This document shows positions 1-10,900 of a DNA stretch of 64,000 bases, piece by piece. Both the position numbers and the translations under genes were made by a program. Numbering within the stretch: position 1 is the stretch's first letter; the number at the start of each line of letters is the position of its first letter. Below the pieces are notes generated by a model, which was not told the DNA's origin, did no database searches, and saw only the letters and a program-made list of their open reading frames with translations. This DNA is from a virus: IMG/VR virus record IMGVR_UViG_3300034108_000145, positions 32,001-96,000 of that record; one strand, given 5' to 3'.

Positions 1-508
1 AACAATCAACCACGTTGGCTGCACCAAACAGACCTTCTAGTTTCATTTTTAAATGACTATAGCCAAACTCAAATACATCTACGCCTTCTGCAGAAGTTAA
101 GTCAGGAACAGTCTTAGTGATTGTTTCCTCTACATCTTGCTCTTGCATTTCTGTACGAGTTCTTGTAACAGTAGTAGTTGTAGGATTACCTTCAGCATCT
201 GAAACGCCAGCCACTGTTTCTTCAAACTCTACTTGTACAGGAACCATACGTTGTACTGTGCGAGTTTCCTCTACTTGTTTAGTTAAAGCTACATATAAGC
301 TTTCACCAATTTGTTGGTTACGAGCTACACCGCTACCCATACCAGGATATGTTCCTCCTGCAGGAGCTGCATCAGCTTGAGATTGAAAAAGTTCAATTCT
401 GAAGTTAGCAGATCCATACTTAGAGATCTGATAATCAGCGATACGTACATATGCTTCAGAAGTAATACCTTTATCGGTTCCAATCTGAGCTGTAATCTTT
501 AGTGCCAT
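1..508 (-). CDS. Hypothetical tail-associated protein (not in ORF track; runs to window edge)
   Basis: Manual translation from ATG at 508: MALKITAQIGTDKGITSEAYVRIADYQISKYGSANFRIELF...GAANVVDC, open to base 2; preceded by GTATATTAT motif and a terminator. Confidence 0.8.
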   Translation of the reverse strand, partial: MALKITAQIGTDKGITSEAYVRIADYQISKYGSANFRIELFQSQADAAPAGGTYPGMGSGVARNQQIGESLYVALTKQVEETRTVQRMVPVQVEFEETVAGVSDAEGNPTTTTVTRTRTEMQEQDVEETITKTVPDLTSAEGVDVFEFGYSHLKMKLEGLFGAANVVDC

Positions 509-544
509 ATAAGTTTGTGTTTAAGTTTTAAGTAGTCTACAATA

Positions 545-552
545 TAATATAC
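545..552 (-). promoter_or_regulatory. Putative promoter core GTATATTA
   Basis: Same motif 19-53 nt upstream of minus-strand starts at 508, 21032, 27822 and 39078. Confidence 0.55.
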
Positions 553-572
553 ATTATTTTGGTGTAAATAAC

Positions 573-603
573 AAAAAAACCACCCCAATTAATGGAGTGG
601 TTT
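573..603 (-). terminator. Intrinsic terminator
   Basis: Minus strand AACCACTCC-ATTAATT-GGGGTGGTT followed by T-tract, downstream of ORF 630..1142. Confidence 0.7.
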
Positions 604-629
604 AGTATATATAGAGGAAAGCAGGGGGC

Positions 630-1142
630 TTAGTTCATCGGCACTACCTTAGTTTCTTCAACTTTAATAAGTTTAAAGAACGTTCCGTAGTTCTCAGAAG
701 TCTCAACCTTTTCAAAGTCTTCAAGCGTAAAAGCTTTGTACTCAAGTTCTTTTTCAGTCTGAAGCAAGTTGTTAAACTCAAGCTCAAAAGACTGGAACTC
801 AGGGTTGATAACCTTTTTGGTAAACCAGTTACCGTCTTTGTCTAGATCTTTTTTAGGTTGACCCTCTTCATCTAGTTCATCAATAACCATAGGGATAGAA
901 ATACCACCCTTGTCATCTTCCTTACCATACTTCTTGATAAGATCGTTCTTTAGTTCTTCTACAGCAGCTTTTTCAGCAGCCACTTTCTTACCTAGTTCTG
1001 TTAGCCAGTACTTAGTAACTAAAGATAGTTTTTCCTGGATAAGACCAGAAGCAATTTTTTCACCAGTTTGCTGGTTGGTTAAACCGTTAAGTTCTGCATC
1101 TAGATTGTAGAACTCAAACAACTTAAGAGAAATTTTTTCCAT
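630..1142 (-). CDS. Hypothetical acidic helical phage protein
   Basis: 170 aa ORF, composition like neighbours, TATCTTTG/GTATATTCG promoter-like sequence upstream (1171-1190). Confidence 0.8.
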   Translation of the reverse strand: MEKISLKLFEFYNLDAELNGLTNQQTGEKIASGLIQEKLSLVTKYWLTELGKKVAAEKAAVEELKNDLIKKYGKEDDKGGISIPMVIDELDEEGQPKKDLDKDGNWFTKKVINPEFQSFELEFNNLLQTEKELEYKAFTLEDFEKVETSENYGTFFKLIKVEETKVVPMN

Positions 1143-1245
1143 GTGTTTTTAAAATTTAGATTAATCTGTTACGAATATACAAAGATATGCAAGTAACATA
1201 CCAAAAAAGTTATTCACAGATGTTAATGCCTAAATGACAGAAAGT

Positions 1246-1404
1246 TTAAAAGTATTTAGGAGGTATAGTGGTTGTGTCTTCCGTAATAGGTGCTACATAA
1301 CGTATAGCATTATTATTTACACTACTAAATACTAAATATGTTAAAGCAGCTAGTACCACTACCTTTAAAATATTTTTAGCTAAGTTTAAGTTAATTGCAA
1401 TCAT
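1246..1404 (-). CDS. Small membrane protein (52 aa, not in ORF track)
   Basis: MIAINLNLAKNILKVVVLAALTYLVFSSVNNN...PPKYF*; one hydrophobic helix; fills the gap after the LamG gene. Confidence 0.55.
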   Translation of the reverse strand: MIAINLNLAKNILKVVVLAALTYLVFSSVNNNAIRYVAPITEDTTTIPPKYF

Positions 1405-1431
1405 GATAGTTTATTTTTTATTAAAGTTATA

Positions 1432-2277
1432 TTAGTTTGCTACGTCTTCACTATATATAGCGGATGCCTCTGCACCTGAAATTGCCCTAGAATACAGCCT
1501 TACTATGACTATATATCCTGTATAGAATTCAGCTATATTAGTTGCACCAGTTGCATTATACTGAGCACCGATAAGAAATAATCCAGGGGCTGCATAGTTC
1601 ATGGTTACAGATATAGCAGAAGAAGCTGCTAATGATCCATTTATGTATAATCTTGCTGTTGTACCATCATATGTTAATGTGGCATGTACATAAGTATTTA
1701 AAGAAAACTGATGAGCCACATCTACATAAGTAGTACCACCGCCTGAAATTCTACCGTACAGTGTTGTGCCATTTATCCATAGCTGATATCCCTGATAGGT
1801 TGTTGACCCGTTAAAGTTAGTACCAGCTAAAATCATAGGATAAGAAGACTCTGTAGCATAAAACCACACATTGAGTGTTACTCTGTTTTGGCTACTGATT
1901 CTGCTAAACTGATAGTTAGGAAAACTTACATATCTACCATACTGATAAGTACCATATGGGTTTGAACCCTGAAACTCAAATCCAGAACCTGTCCATATTG
2001 GATTAGATGCATACTTATTAGTAAGTGTTCCATTGTTTCCTTTACCGCTGATGTCATACCAAGTTGTACCACTTCCTGGGTAGGAACCTGATTCACTTGA
2101 TTTTAAAAACAAAAGAAAGTCAGGATCTGAAGCACTATATCCATAAAACTCACTCATAGCATCTGGCGTAGAGAAGCCAGCTAATGATGATAGTGTTCTA
2201 AGACTACCTGAACTACTGCCAAGTTCTGTTCTTATCTGTGAGATACTTATACTATTTCCTACTCCTGGTAAAGCCAT
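1432..2277 (-). CDS. LamG/concanavalin-A-like lectin domain tail protein
   Basis: SYPGSGTTWYDISG..NNGTL and YVHATLTYDGTTARLYING...LYSRAIS LamG-type motifs; N-terminal ISISQIRTELG segment typical of tail-tip adhesins. Confidence 0.8.
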   Translation of the reverse strand: MALPGVGNSISISQIRTELGSSSGSLRTLSSLAGFSTPDAMSEFYGYSASDPDFLLFLKSSESGSYPGSGTTWYDISGKGNNGTLTNKYASNPIWTGSGFEFQGSNPYGTYQYGRYVSFPNYQFSRISSQNRVTLNVWFYATESSYPMILAGTNFNGSTTYQGYQLWINGTTLYGRISGGGTTYVDVAHQFSLNTYVHATLTYDGTTARLYINGSLAASSAISVTMNYAAPGLFLIGAQYNATGATNIAEFYTGYIVIVRLYSRAISGAEASAIYSEDVAN

Positions 2278-2279
2278 TG

Positions 2280-5200
2280 TTATTTATTTTTTAGTTCTTT
2301 AATCTCGTTCTTTAACTCTTCTATCTGAGTCTGTTGTTCTTTCATACCCTCAACTAACAAAGCTACAAGTTTTTCATACTTAATAGTTTTATATGTTTCT
2401 GACATTTCTGCAACAAAGTTATTAGCCTCATCAGGATCATTACTAGGAGTATTTAGCTGTGTCTGATATTCAGTAATTAATAAAGGTTCAACAGCTTCTA
2501 CCTCCTGAGCTATAAGACCAATATCTCTAGTTCCGGCTCTATCTTTAACTTTATTTACTTCTTCGTCATTCCAGGTATAAGTTACACCTCTAAGTCTTTG
2601 AATTTTATCTAATGCACTATCAATAACAGTAACATCTTTCTTTAAACGTATATCAGAATAGTAAGCAATAACATCTCCTGTAGCATATACAGTACCTGTT
2701 ACAACAATACCATCACTAGCTGTTCTAAATTTCTCAGAACCATTGTTATATAAATATTGAGCAGCATTAACATAAGTAAGAATAGACCAGTTGTTTAACC
2801 AAAATCCACAAGGTCCTGCTGCACCATTAGTATGCATCATTAGCTGCATATCTCCATCAAATCTAAAACCGGAATAACCTCCTTGATTACCTCCTATATA
2901 CCAAGATCCATAACTAGAACCGTTGTTTGTAAGGTATTTTGATGTAGAAACGGAACTATAGTACGTTGGAGCATAAATGTTACCAGCATCAATTCTTCCA
3001 GGAATAACAACACCTCCATCTTGGTAAATAGTTAATCTATTTTGCCATCCACTTGTGTAGGTTTGAAATCTGTGACATACTATACCTTGAGAGCTTGTCC
3101 AATTACCAGAACGATAGGTAATACCAGTTGTAGTATCATCATAAGAGTTATAAATGTAGTTATACATACCACTATCTCCTGAAGAATATCTCCAGCCTAT
3201 AGTGTTATTATTAAACATTCTAATATCACGGGTATCAATAGCTCTATTATACGCTGGATTATTAGTCCAGTTTGCTGGAGCAGTTCTTGTTGATGTAGAT
3301 ACTGAAGCCCCATTTAAAATGCCAGCTGCATTACCTGCCTGAGTAAAGTATTTAACTCTAGCTCTAAAACCATTGCCAGAAGATACAACATGATATATAG
3401 GTAATCTAAAATTACTTCCACTCCATTCTAAATCTCCAATAAATATATTATCAGGAATAGAACCGTTAGCCTCTTGTACTTTACTATCTCCTGAGTACCA
3501 TTGTCCTCCATTAGGATTTGTTCCAAATGGAAGTATTTTTCTTAAAAGACCTGTTGCATTTTGGTTTGAATAGGTAGAGGTTACTTCAACTTCTAAATAT
3601 CCTGAGTTTTGAATATTACCAAAATCAATGTAAGCTACTATGTTAGCTACTCCGTGTGAGAAATAGCCTAAGTCAAATACTTTTTCTGCATAGCAATCTG
3701 AACCTACTGATAGAGTATTAGTATAAAGATTACTATATGAATTATATCCTGCATAGTTACCAGCATCTATTACATCATAGAAAGTTCCTCCACTTCTACG
3801 TTGTTTCCATACACCCTCTGCCCAACCATTACCTTGTGCATTAAGATATATATCTCCAGAAGTAATTATTCTATATCCACTATTATATGCTTGACCTACA
3901 CCAATATTATCATATTGAGCATATGCTAATCTTGAGTTACTATTAGGATCTAAGTAGTATGCAGGGTTATCTGAATCATAAAAAATTGGAGAACGCATAG
4001 AGCCAGCACTAAACATAACTCCTGTATTATGATCTACATATGCGGCAATCTTAGAACCATTATAATAACCACTCCATCCAGATGGCATCGCTATACCAAC
4101 ATTTTGACCCATGAATATGGTTTCTGCACCCACTGATGAATAACTACCACCAATATTTTGTCCAGACTGTGAACCTCTATTAAAATAAAAAATACCCCAA
4201 GCTTTAGAACTTTCTTTAAAGATCCAGTTATTGTTTTCAGAAGCATTAGATTCCATCATAACAGCTCCATCACTATTATTAATTAAAGCTCCTGTTGTAT
4301 AAATATTACCCCATCTATAACTACTAGTTCCTAAATCTCTAGCTCCATCTGAATATGGTGTTACAGGACCTCCATCAAAAGCATGTCTTCCTGCAGATAC
4401 ATAGTAATATGTACCATTAGAATTATTAAAGTTTTCAAAATATCCCCAACCATTATTATTATATGGACCTATTCCAATGTAATTTGTGCTAGATCCTGAT
4501 AATGTTATATATCCAGTAGCTATTGTAGATGCTATCTTGGTATTTGAACTTCCTAAATAAAGATCACCATATAACCATGTATTACCACCATCTGTTACTC
4601 TTACTCTATTTGTAGCAAGAGTTCTTATATAAAAATCATTATGCACACCTACTATTCTTGGAGCATTTGCCCATGTAGGTGTAGTATTATCAGCAATAAC
4701 TAAAGCAGCTCCTGTAGTGGTTGTTTGTATTGCAACAACATCTAAAGAAGTAGAACTATTAACATATAGTCTACCATTTGGTATAGATCCACTACCTATA
4801 GCCATTGAACTACTTGTAGTGTTACCTCTTCCAGTTACTGATGACAATGTATCAGTTTCACTATATGATGTTATATATCCGGGACCGTTACTTAACTGAT
4901 TTAAATTTGTAAGGTTTCCTTGATGCCATACAGCACTACTGCCTACAGAAATAGCTGATGCAGAAAGACCAGAAGATGTAAACGTAACTGAATTAGTTCC
5001 ATTAATATAAAAACGCATTAAGTTACTATCATCCCAAGCTCTAATATAAGTAGAGTTCCCATAATCATATGCTCCAAAAAATATAGATGCTCCATCTGAT
5101 AATCTAACATCACCTGAACCACCAATAACTAATGCTTCACCAGAACCATTAGATACACCATTATTTAAAACTAATTGCCCACCTTGATGTAAAATCATTC

Positions 5201-7952
5201 TAGATGCCCAAGCACTTCCATTATAAGACCACCATGTTAAACCATTACTAGCATTTAACTGAGTTAACATTTGTCTATCCTCAGCTACATTAGTCCATCT
5301 AAACCAAGGACCTACTGCTACACTATCAGAACCAGCTTTAGTAACACCTACTTCAACAAAAGTTGTTCTTGTTGAAGTACTAGCTCCACGAGCTGTTACA
5401 TTAGCAAGAGTAGAAGTTTCTGTATATCCTGTAATATATCCTGGACCGTTAATAAGCTGGTTCAAGTTAGTTAAGTTACCAGCGTGCCATATATTATTTC
5501 CTCCCCAAGTTAAAGCACCTGTACCAATTCTTCCTAATGTTACTGTATTATCAGATCCAAAAGATATATAAGCTCTATCACTATTTTGTATTCCTACTAT
5601 ACCTACTGTATTAGATACGTTAGTGTCACCAATCCAAGCATCATCACCAAGTTTTACGTTGTTACTACCACCATTATTTGTAGTGATGATTTGATTAAAT
5701 GTAGGACTAGCTGATGTAGCTACAGACTGACCAATTGATACGGTTACTGCTCCAGTATTAGAGTTTACTGATACACCTGTACCTGCATTTACAGAACTTA
5801 CAGCTCCACCTGGAACTGCTATTGTAAGAATGTTACCAGAAGAGTCAAATGCTAATACACCAGCTGCTGTTCCAGTAAAGGTAGATGATGTGGTATATTG
5901 AGGTAATATTAACTGTTTAGTAGATAAATTTAAAGACATGGCTACACCACTTGTAGCAGTGTTTGTTCCATATAAAAATCTTAATACATCATGCCATACA
6001 TCAATGTGTGCAGCATAAGTATAAGATGTAGCTTTATTTAATACTAACTGACCACCTTCATCTGCACTATGAGCTCCTAAAGCTAAACTTCCTTCAGTCC
6101 AAGCAGTAGCTCCATTTATAAGTAAGCTAGAAATACTAGCACCTCCACTAAATGTAACAGCTGTAGAAGTTGATGCTCCTCTAGAAGTAACGCTAGAAAG
6201 TGTGTCGGTTTCTGTATAACTTGTAATAAAAGCAGGAGCTCCTGTTATCTTACTCCAAGCCAAAGATGTAACCCAAGAAGGATTGCTATAAGATCCAGAA
6301 AGACTTACGTATGTTAAAGCTGCACTTGACTGACTTAAATATGTAGAAGAAGCATTAGTAATAGATAAGTATAGGCTAGCCGCAGATGATTGTGACAAGT
6401 AAGTACTTGCCGCATCTGTTTTATTGAGGTATATTGTATTAGCACTTGACTGGCTTAAGTATGTACTGGCAGCATCTGTTTTATTTAAGTAAATACTGTT
6501 AGCACTAGATTGACTTAGATAAGTACTTGATGCATTTGAAATAGTCAAATATGTACTAGCAGCACTAGATGCTGTAAGGTATCCTGCAGAAGCATGGTTT
6601 CCCCATGAATAAGCTGTGTTCCAATTAGATGAATTATCTGTTATGCTTGTTCCCCAAGCAGACCCTGTAGATACGGCAATCCCAGCTGATGGATATATCA
6701 TAGAAGTAATACTCCAAGATCTATCTGCTGATAAGTCATAACTAGTACCATTAATAGTTAATGTACGAGTAGTAGGTACACCACCTAATCCACTTAGTGT
6801 GTATACAGGAAGTGTTTGCCAGGTCTTATCACCTCTCCAATACTGAGCAGTAGTTCCTGCTGTAATAGCTGGTTCTTTAGTACCAATTAACGTAGTAATT
6901 GTTGTACTAAAGTTAGCATCATCTCCTAACGCAGCTGCTAACTCATTAAGAGTGTCAAGCGTACCTGGTGCACTATCTACCAAGTTAGAAATACTTGTAT
7001 CTACATATGTTTTTAAAGCATAGTTAGCTTTTTCAGACGTCCATACTGGATCAGTCTCTGTATATGATTGCAAGTATCTTGCGTCAGCTGCAGTTTTAGT
7101 ATAATAATTAACCTTCTCTGAAGTCCACACAGGATCTGTTTCTGTGTACGACTGCAAATATCTAGCATCCGCTTGTAACTTTGTGTAGTAGTTTATTTTT
7201 TCTGAAGTCCAGATAGGATCAGTTTCTGTAAAAGAAGTGAGATAACCGGCTAATGCATGATTACCCCAAGAGTAAGCACTGTTCCAGTTAGTAATGTTTG
7301 TAGTGGTGATAGCTTTAATATGACTAGCCACTGTAGGATCTGTTTCAGTAAAAGATGTTAAGTATCCTTCTACAGAATGATCTCCCCAACCAAAGGCTGT
7401 GTTCCAATTGGCTGAGTTATTAACTATACTAGTTCCCCATGATATTCCGTTAGATAATGGTATACCAGCAGATGGGTAAACCATTGAGTCTATACTAAAT
7501 ATTCTATTAGCAGATAGATCAGCTGTCTGCCCATTAATAGTAATAGTCCTTGTTACAGGTACATAGTTTCCTACAATACCAGATCCATACTGTGGTATAT
7601 TGATTATACCAGTAGTGCTATCATAAGTAGCCGGACCAGATGTATTAAATGTAGTAACACTTAAAGCTTTTCTAGCTCTACTATCTGTAAAGTATAAAGC
7701 CTGGCCTTCTGTAACTAAGTCTGTGTTATAATCCCCCTGGCGGGCTACTACAGCACCGGTTCTACCATATACAGAACTTACAAGATTACCACCACTCTGT
7801 GTGATAAGCTGTGCTATAGAAGCAGATGATATCCTACCTCCAGGCCCGGGTACAAGAACTTTATTCTGTGTACCAGTAGTAGCAGGTATAGAAGCTACAG
7901 ATACACCTGCAGGAAAATAAGCATTACCATAACTATCTACTTGATAAGACAT
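2280..7952 (-). CDS. Long tail fibre with C-terminal intramolecular chaperone (peptidase S74-like)
   Basis: 1890 aa G/S/T/N-rich; APGTLDTLNELAAALGDD fibre repeat; C-terminal YSDIRLKKD...GLIAQEVE...YEKLVALLVEGMKEQQ coiled coil. Confidence 0.88.
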   Translation of the reverse strand: MSYQVDSYGNAYFPAGVSVASIPATTGTQNKVLVPGPGGRISSASIAQLITQSGGNLVSSVYGRTGAVVARQGDYNTDLVTEGQALYFTDSRARKALSVTTFNTSGPATYDSTTGIINIPQYGSGIVGNYVPVTRTITINGQTADLSANRIFSIDSMVYPSAGIPLSNGISWGTSIVNNSANWNTAFGWGDHSVEGYLTSFTETDPTVASHIKAITTTNITNWNSAYSWGNHALAGYLTSFTETDPIWTSEKINYYTKLQADARYLQSYTETDPVWTSEKVNYYTKTAADARYLQSYTETDPVWTSEKANYALKTYVDTSISNLVDSAPGTLDTLNELAAALGDDANFSTTITTLIGTKEPAITAGTTAQYWRGDKTWQTLPVYTLSGLGGVPTTRTLTINGTSYDLSADRSWSITSMIYPSAGIAVSTGSAWGTSITDNSSNWNTAYSWGNHASAGYLTASSAASTYLTISNASSTYLSQSSANSIYLNKTDAASTYLSQSSANTIYLNKTDAASTYLSQSSAASLYLSITNASSTYLSQSSAALTYVSLSGSYSNPSWVTSLAWSKITGAPAFITSYTETDTLSSVTSRGASTSTAVTFSGGASISSLLINGATAWTEGSLALGAHSADEGGQLVLNKATSYTYAAHIDVWHDVLRFLYGTNTATSGVAMSLNLSTKQLILPQYTTSSTFTGTAAGVLAFDSSGNILTIAVPGGAVSSVNAGTGVSVNSNTGAVTVSIGQSVATSASPTFNQIITTNNGGSNNVKLGDDAWIGDTNVSNTVGIVGIQNSDRAYISFGSDNTVTLGRIGTGALTWGGNNIWHAGNLTNLNQLINGPGYITGYTETSTLANVTARGASTSTRTTFVEVGVTKAGSDSVAVGPWFRWTNVAEDRQMLTQLNASNGLTWWSYNGSAWASRMILHQGGQLVLNNGVSNGSGEALVIGGSGDVRLSDGASIFFGAYDYGNSTYIRAWDDSNLMRFYINGTNSVTFTSSGLSASAISVGSSAVWHQGNLTNLNQLSNGPGYITSYSETDTLSSVTGRGNTTSSSMAIGSGSIPNGRLYVNSSTSLDVVAIQTTTTGAALVIADNTTPTWANAPRIVGVHNDFYIRTLATNRVRVTDGGNTWLYGDLYLGSSNTKIASTIATGYITLSGSSTNYIGIGPYNNNGWGYFENFNNSNGTYYYVSAGRHAFDGGPVTPYSDGARDLGTSSYRWGNIYTTGALINNSDGAVMMESNASENNNWIFKESSKAWGIFYFNRGSQSGQNIGGSYSSVGAETIFMGQNVGIAMPSGWSGYYNGSKIAAYVDHNTGVMFSAGSMRSPIFYDSDNPAYYLDPNSNSRLAYAQYDNIGVGQAYNSGYRIITSGDIYLNAQGNGWAEGVWKQRRSGGTFYDVIDAGNYAGYNSYSNLYTNTLSVGSDCYAEKVFDLGYFSHGVANIVAYIDFGNIQNSGYLEVEVTSTYSNQNATGLLRKILPFGTNPNGGQWYSGDSKVQEANGSIPDNIFIGDLEWSGSNFRLPIYHVVSSGNGFRARVKYFTQAGNAAGILNGASVSTSTRTAPANWTNNPAYNRAIDTRDIRMFNNNTIGWRYSSGDSGMYNYIYNSYDDTTTGITYRSGNWTSSQGIVCHRFQTYTSGWQNRLTIYQDGGVVIPGRIDAGNIYAPTYYSSVSTSKYLTNNGSSYGSWYIGGNQGGYSGFRFDGDMQLMMHTNGAAGPCGFWLNNWSILTYVNAAQYLYNNGSEKFRTASDGIVVTGTVYATGDVIAYYSDIRLKKDVTVIDSALDKIQRLRGVTYTWNDEEVNKVKDRAGTRDIGLIAQEVEAVEPLLITEYQTQLNTPSNDPDEANNFVAEMSETYKTIKYEKLVALLVEGMKEQQTQIEELKNEIKELKNK
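6305..6580 (-). repeat. 10/20-aa periodic coding repeat (YLSQSSA.. / YLNKTDAAST) in tail fibre
   Basis: About 9 units with YL/YV every 10 residues; 60-bp DNA near-duplicates. Confidence 0.8.
7000..7360 (-). repeat. 28-aa coding repeats (YLQSYTETDPVWTSEKxNYYTK) in tail fibre
   Basis: Three to four copies visible in the translation. Confidence 0.8.
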
Positions 7953-10900
7953 TATCTAATTTGTTTTGTAGTTCTTCAATCTGTTTTTGTTGCTCTTTAA
8001 TAGCTTCAATAAGTACACCTACTATATTACCATATGAAACACCATATTCATCTACATCAGCAGCATATGTTACAACTTCTGGTAATACTTGATTAATTTC
8101 TTGAGCTATAACACCTGTTTGACGACCACGTTCTGGAGCATCTATTCTTGTATAAAATACTCCTCTTAATTTATTAACTTTTTCAAGAGCATTATCTATA
8201 GTAATAATATCTGTTTTCTTTCTAACATCTGAATATGCTACAACATCTCCTTCTGCATATAATGATCCTCCAATATAAGCTCTATATGAACTAGATGTAG
8301 TTGAAGTAGCTATAGCTGTACAGTTGTTTCCTAAGTGATGATACCAATACCATCTACCATTATTTTCTCTGTAAGCACCACCATTACCAGCACTATCAAA
8401 CATTAACATATTTACAGCACTATAATCGTCATATATACCACTATATCCAGATCTTGAACCAGCTATTCTCCACGTAGTATATGTAGAAGCATTATTTGGC
8501 ATCCAGTGAGCTCCGTTCCAAGAAGGTGCGTATAAACCATGCCATCCATTTAACTGAATCCAACTACTTGCTTGATAATATGAATTACCATTAAAACCCA
8601 AGAAATTAGAACGTCCAAAACCATCTAATTGAGCTGAGTTATTAACTGATTGAGAACCAATATTACCTGAGTGTATCATTTCTACCCAAGATCTAGGTAC
8701 ATCCCAAGCACTTCTCCAAAACCATCTGTTAACTGCCTCTTGTGCACAAGCCATTTGCCAACCATGGAATTTAGCACTGTCAGAATTATTATAATGGAAT
8801 GCTTGCATTCCAACGTAGTGACCAGAGGCACCAGGGCCGTTAGCAGGTGATGACCAGGTATCAAAAAATCCAGAACCCCAGTTAGAAGCAATTACATTTA
8901 AATCATATTGACCCCAACCCATTGCACCAGTTTGGTAAAGAGTTCCCTGTGCAGCTCTAGTAGCCCAAGGAGAGTTAACTTGTCTAGAATTTAAACTATG
9001 TCTATTAAGGGTAGATTCAGTAAATCTATAAAGATTAGATGTATCATTAGGGTCTAGGTAATAACCTGTATCTTGTTGATCATAGAAGATATTAGCTCTC
9101 ATAGAACCTATAACAATCATATCTCCACTAGGATTTATTCCACCAACAGTAGCACCAGCCTCTTCTGAATAAAAATGAAAAGATTGAGTACCTATTAGTT
9201 GTCCACTAGTTCTTTTACCTACATACCAACTGCTACCAGATCCACCAATATAACGAACCATTGCTTCATATCCGTTACCAGGATTAATGGTAAGATATTT
9301 GTGAGCAGATCCTGTTATGTTTATAGGAGTGTTATTTGCTCCTGGTATACCAACTGTATTAAAATTAACATCATCTGTGCTTCTAACATATTGGTTCATG
9401 TTAGCTGCATATGGATCTGTAGAATCATTTAATAGATACTTCCATCCTGACCACGCTCCAGTTTCGTATATTCCAGATCTAAACCCTAATCTTGTACCAC
9501 CATATGCTGGTCCGTAAGGAGTATATAACTGTAAAGTTCCACCTTGACTTCCTGTGTATGTTCTATTTGTAAGAACAGATCCATAACTTGGAAATCCTTC
9601 ACTAGCAGATACAAAAGATGTTTGAATACCTGCGTTATATCCTGAAGGTAAAGTTGAAGCAGACCATACATAGTTACTTAAAGTATTTAATAAGTTAGTG
9701 CTACTAGCATAACTTACAGACTGAGAACCTATATTACCAGAGTGAATAAAACTTCTTATTGTTCCGTTATCATAAAAAGTACCATTACCATATATATAAT
9801 ATGTACCCCCTACAACAGAGCCAATATATGTACCATAACTATTATTATACCCTAAAGCATCAGTCATTGATGCATGAGATATTATTGTTCCATTAGATAC
9901 TGCTGTAGTTATTTTACCAGCTATATTTAAAGATGTACCTGCATTAGGATCTAAGTAATATGTAGTATCGTTAGAGTCATAGAATATAGGAGCACGCATA
10001 GAACCCGTGTTCATCTCTAAGTACGCACTACCACTACTATTCTCAGATATCAACTGCATTGGAAAAGTAGACATATCGCCACTATGGTATAATCTACCCC
10101 ATTTAATTCTAGAACCTGGAGAGTCATGTTGGAATACCATCTGACCTACAATATTACTAGCTGATGAACCATGAGTAGCTGTAATTGCATGACCTTCACC
10201 ACCAGACCAACTGCCTTTTAAGTCAATGTCTCTATATGTTGTTGCACCTCCTACACCTTGAGAAATATTTAGTTGAGCAAATGTTTGGTTTGCATTAGTT
10301 CCCATTCTAACAACATTAAATAATGATGTCCCAGCAAAATCACCATAGTATGTAGTATCATTAGAATCGTAGAATATTGGTGCCCTAAAATCACCACTTG
10401 TTTGGTAAGTTCCTGTACCACCTGTTTTACTACTTAATCCATCAAAAGATAACCCTGTTATCCACCCACCATAGTTTCCTAATTGGTTTCTCACGTGTTG
10501 AAGAGAAGCCTTTCTTGACCAACCATCTCCATTTGAAGTAATAAAACTATTTACTGTTGAGTTTTCAGTTTCAGAAGTACTAAAGTTTATATGGTTAGCG
10601 TATATATATCCGTTAGCATCACGCTGAACCAATCGACTTCCTACAACGGCCGTATCCGCTCCAACATTAATTGTACCACTACTAGCTCCAGAACCTATTC
10701 TTAAACCTCCTCTAGCTTCAATAGGGCTCTCTACATATAAACCAGCTTGTTGTCCTAATCTAGGAAGGTACATACCATAGTCAGCAAAGTTTGCCACATT
10801 ATCAACAGACTCAGAACGTATAGTTAATCTTGCTCCTGATTTATAAATACCATTTGTTGTATCCGTAAAATAAAGTACACCACTTAATGTTCCGCCAGAA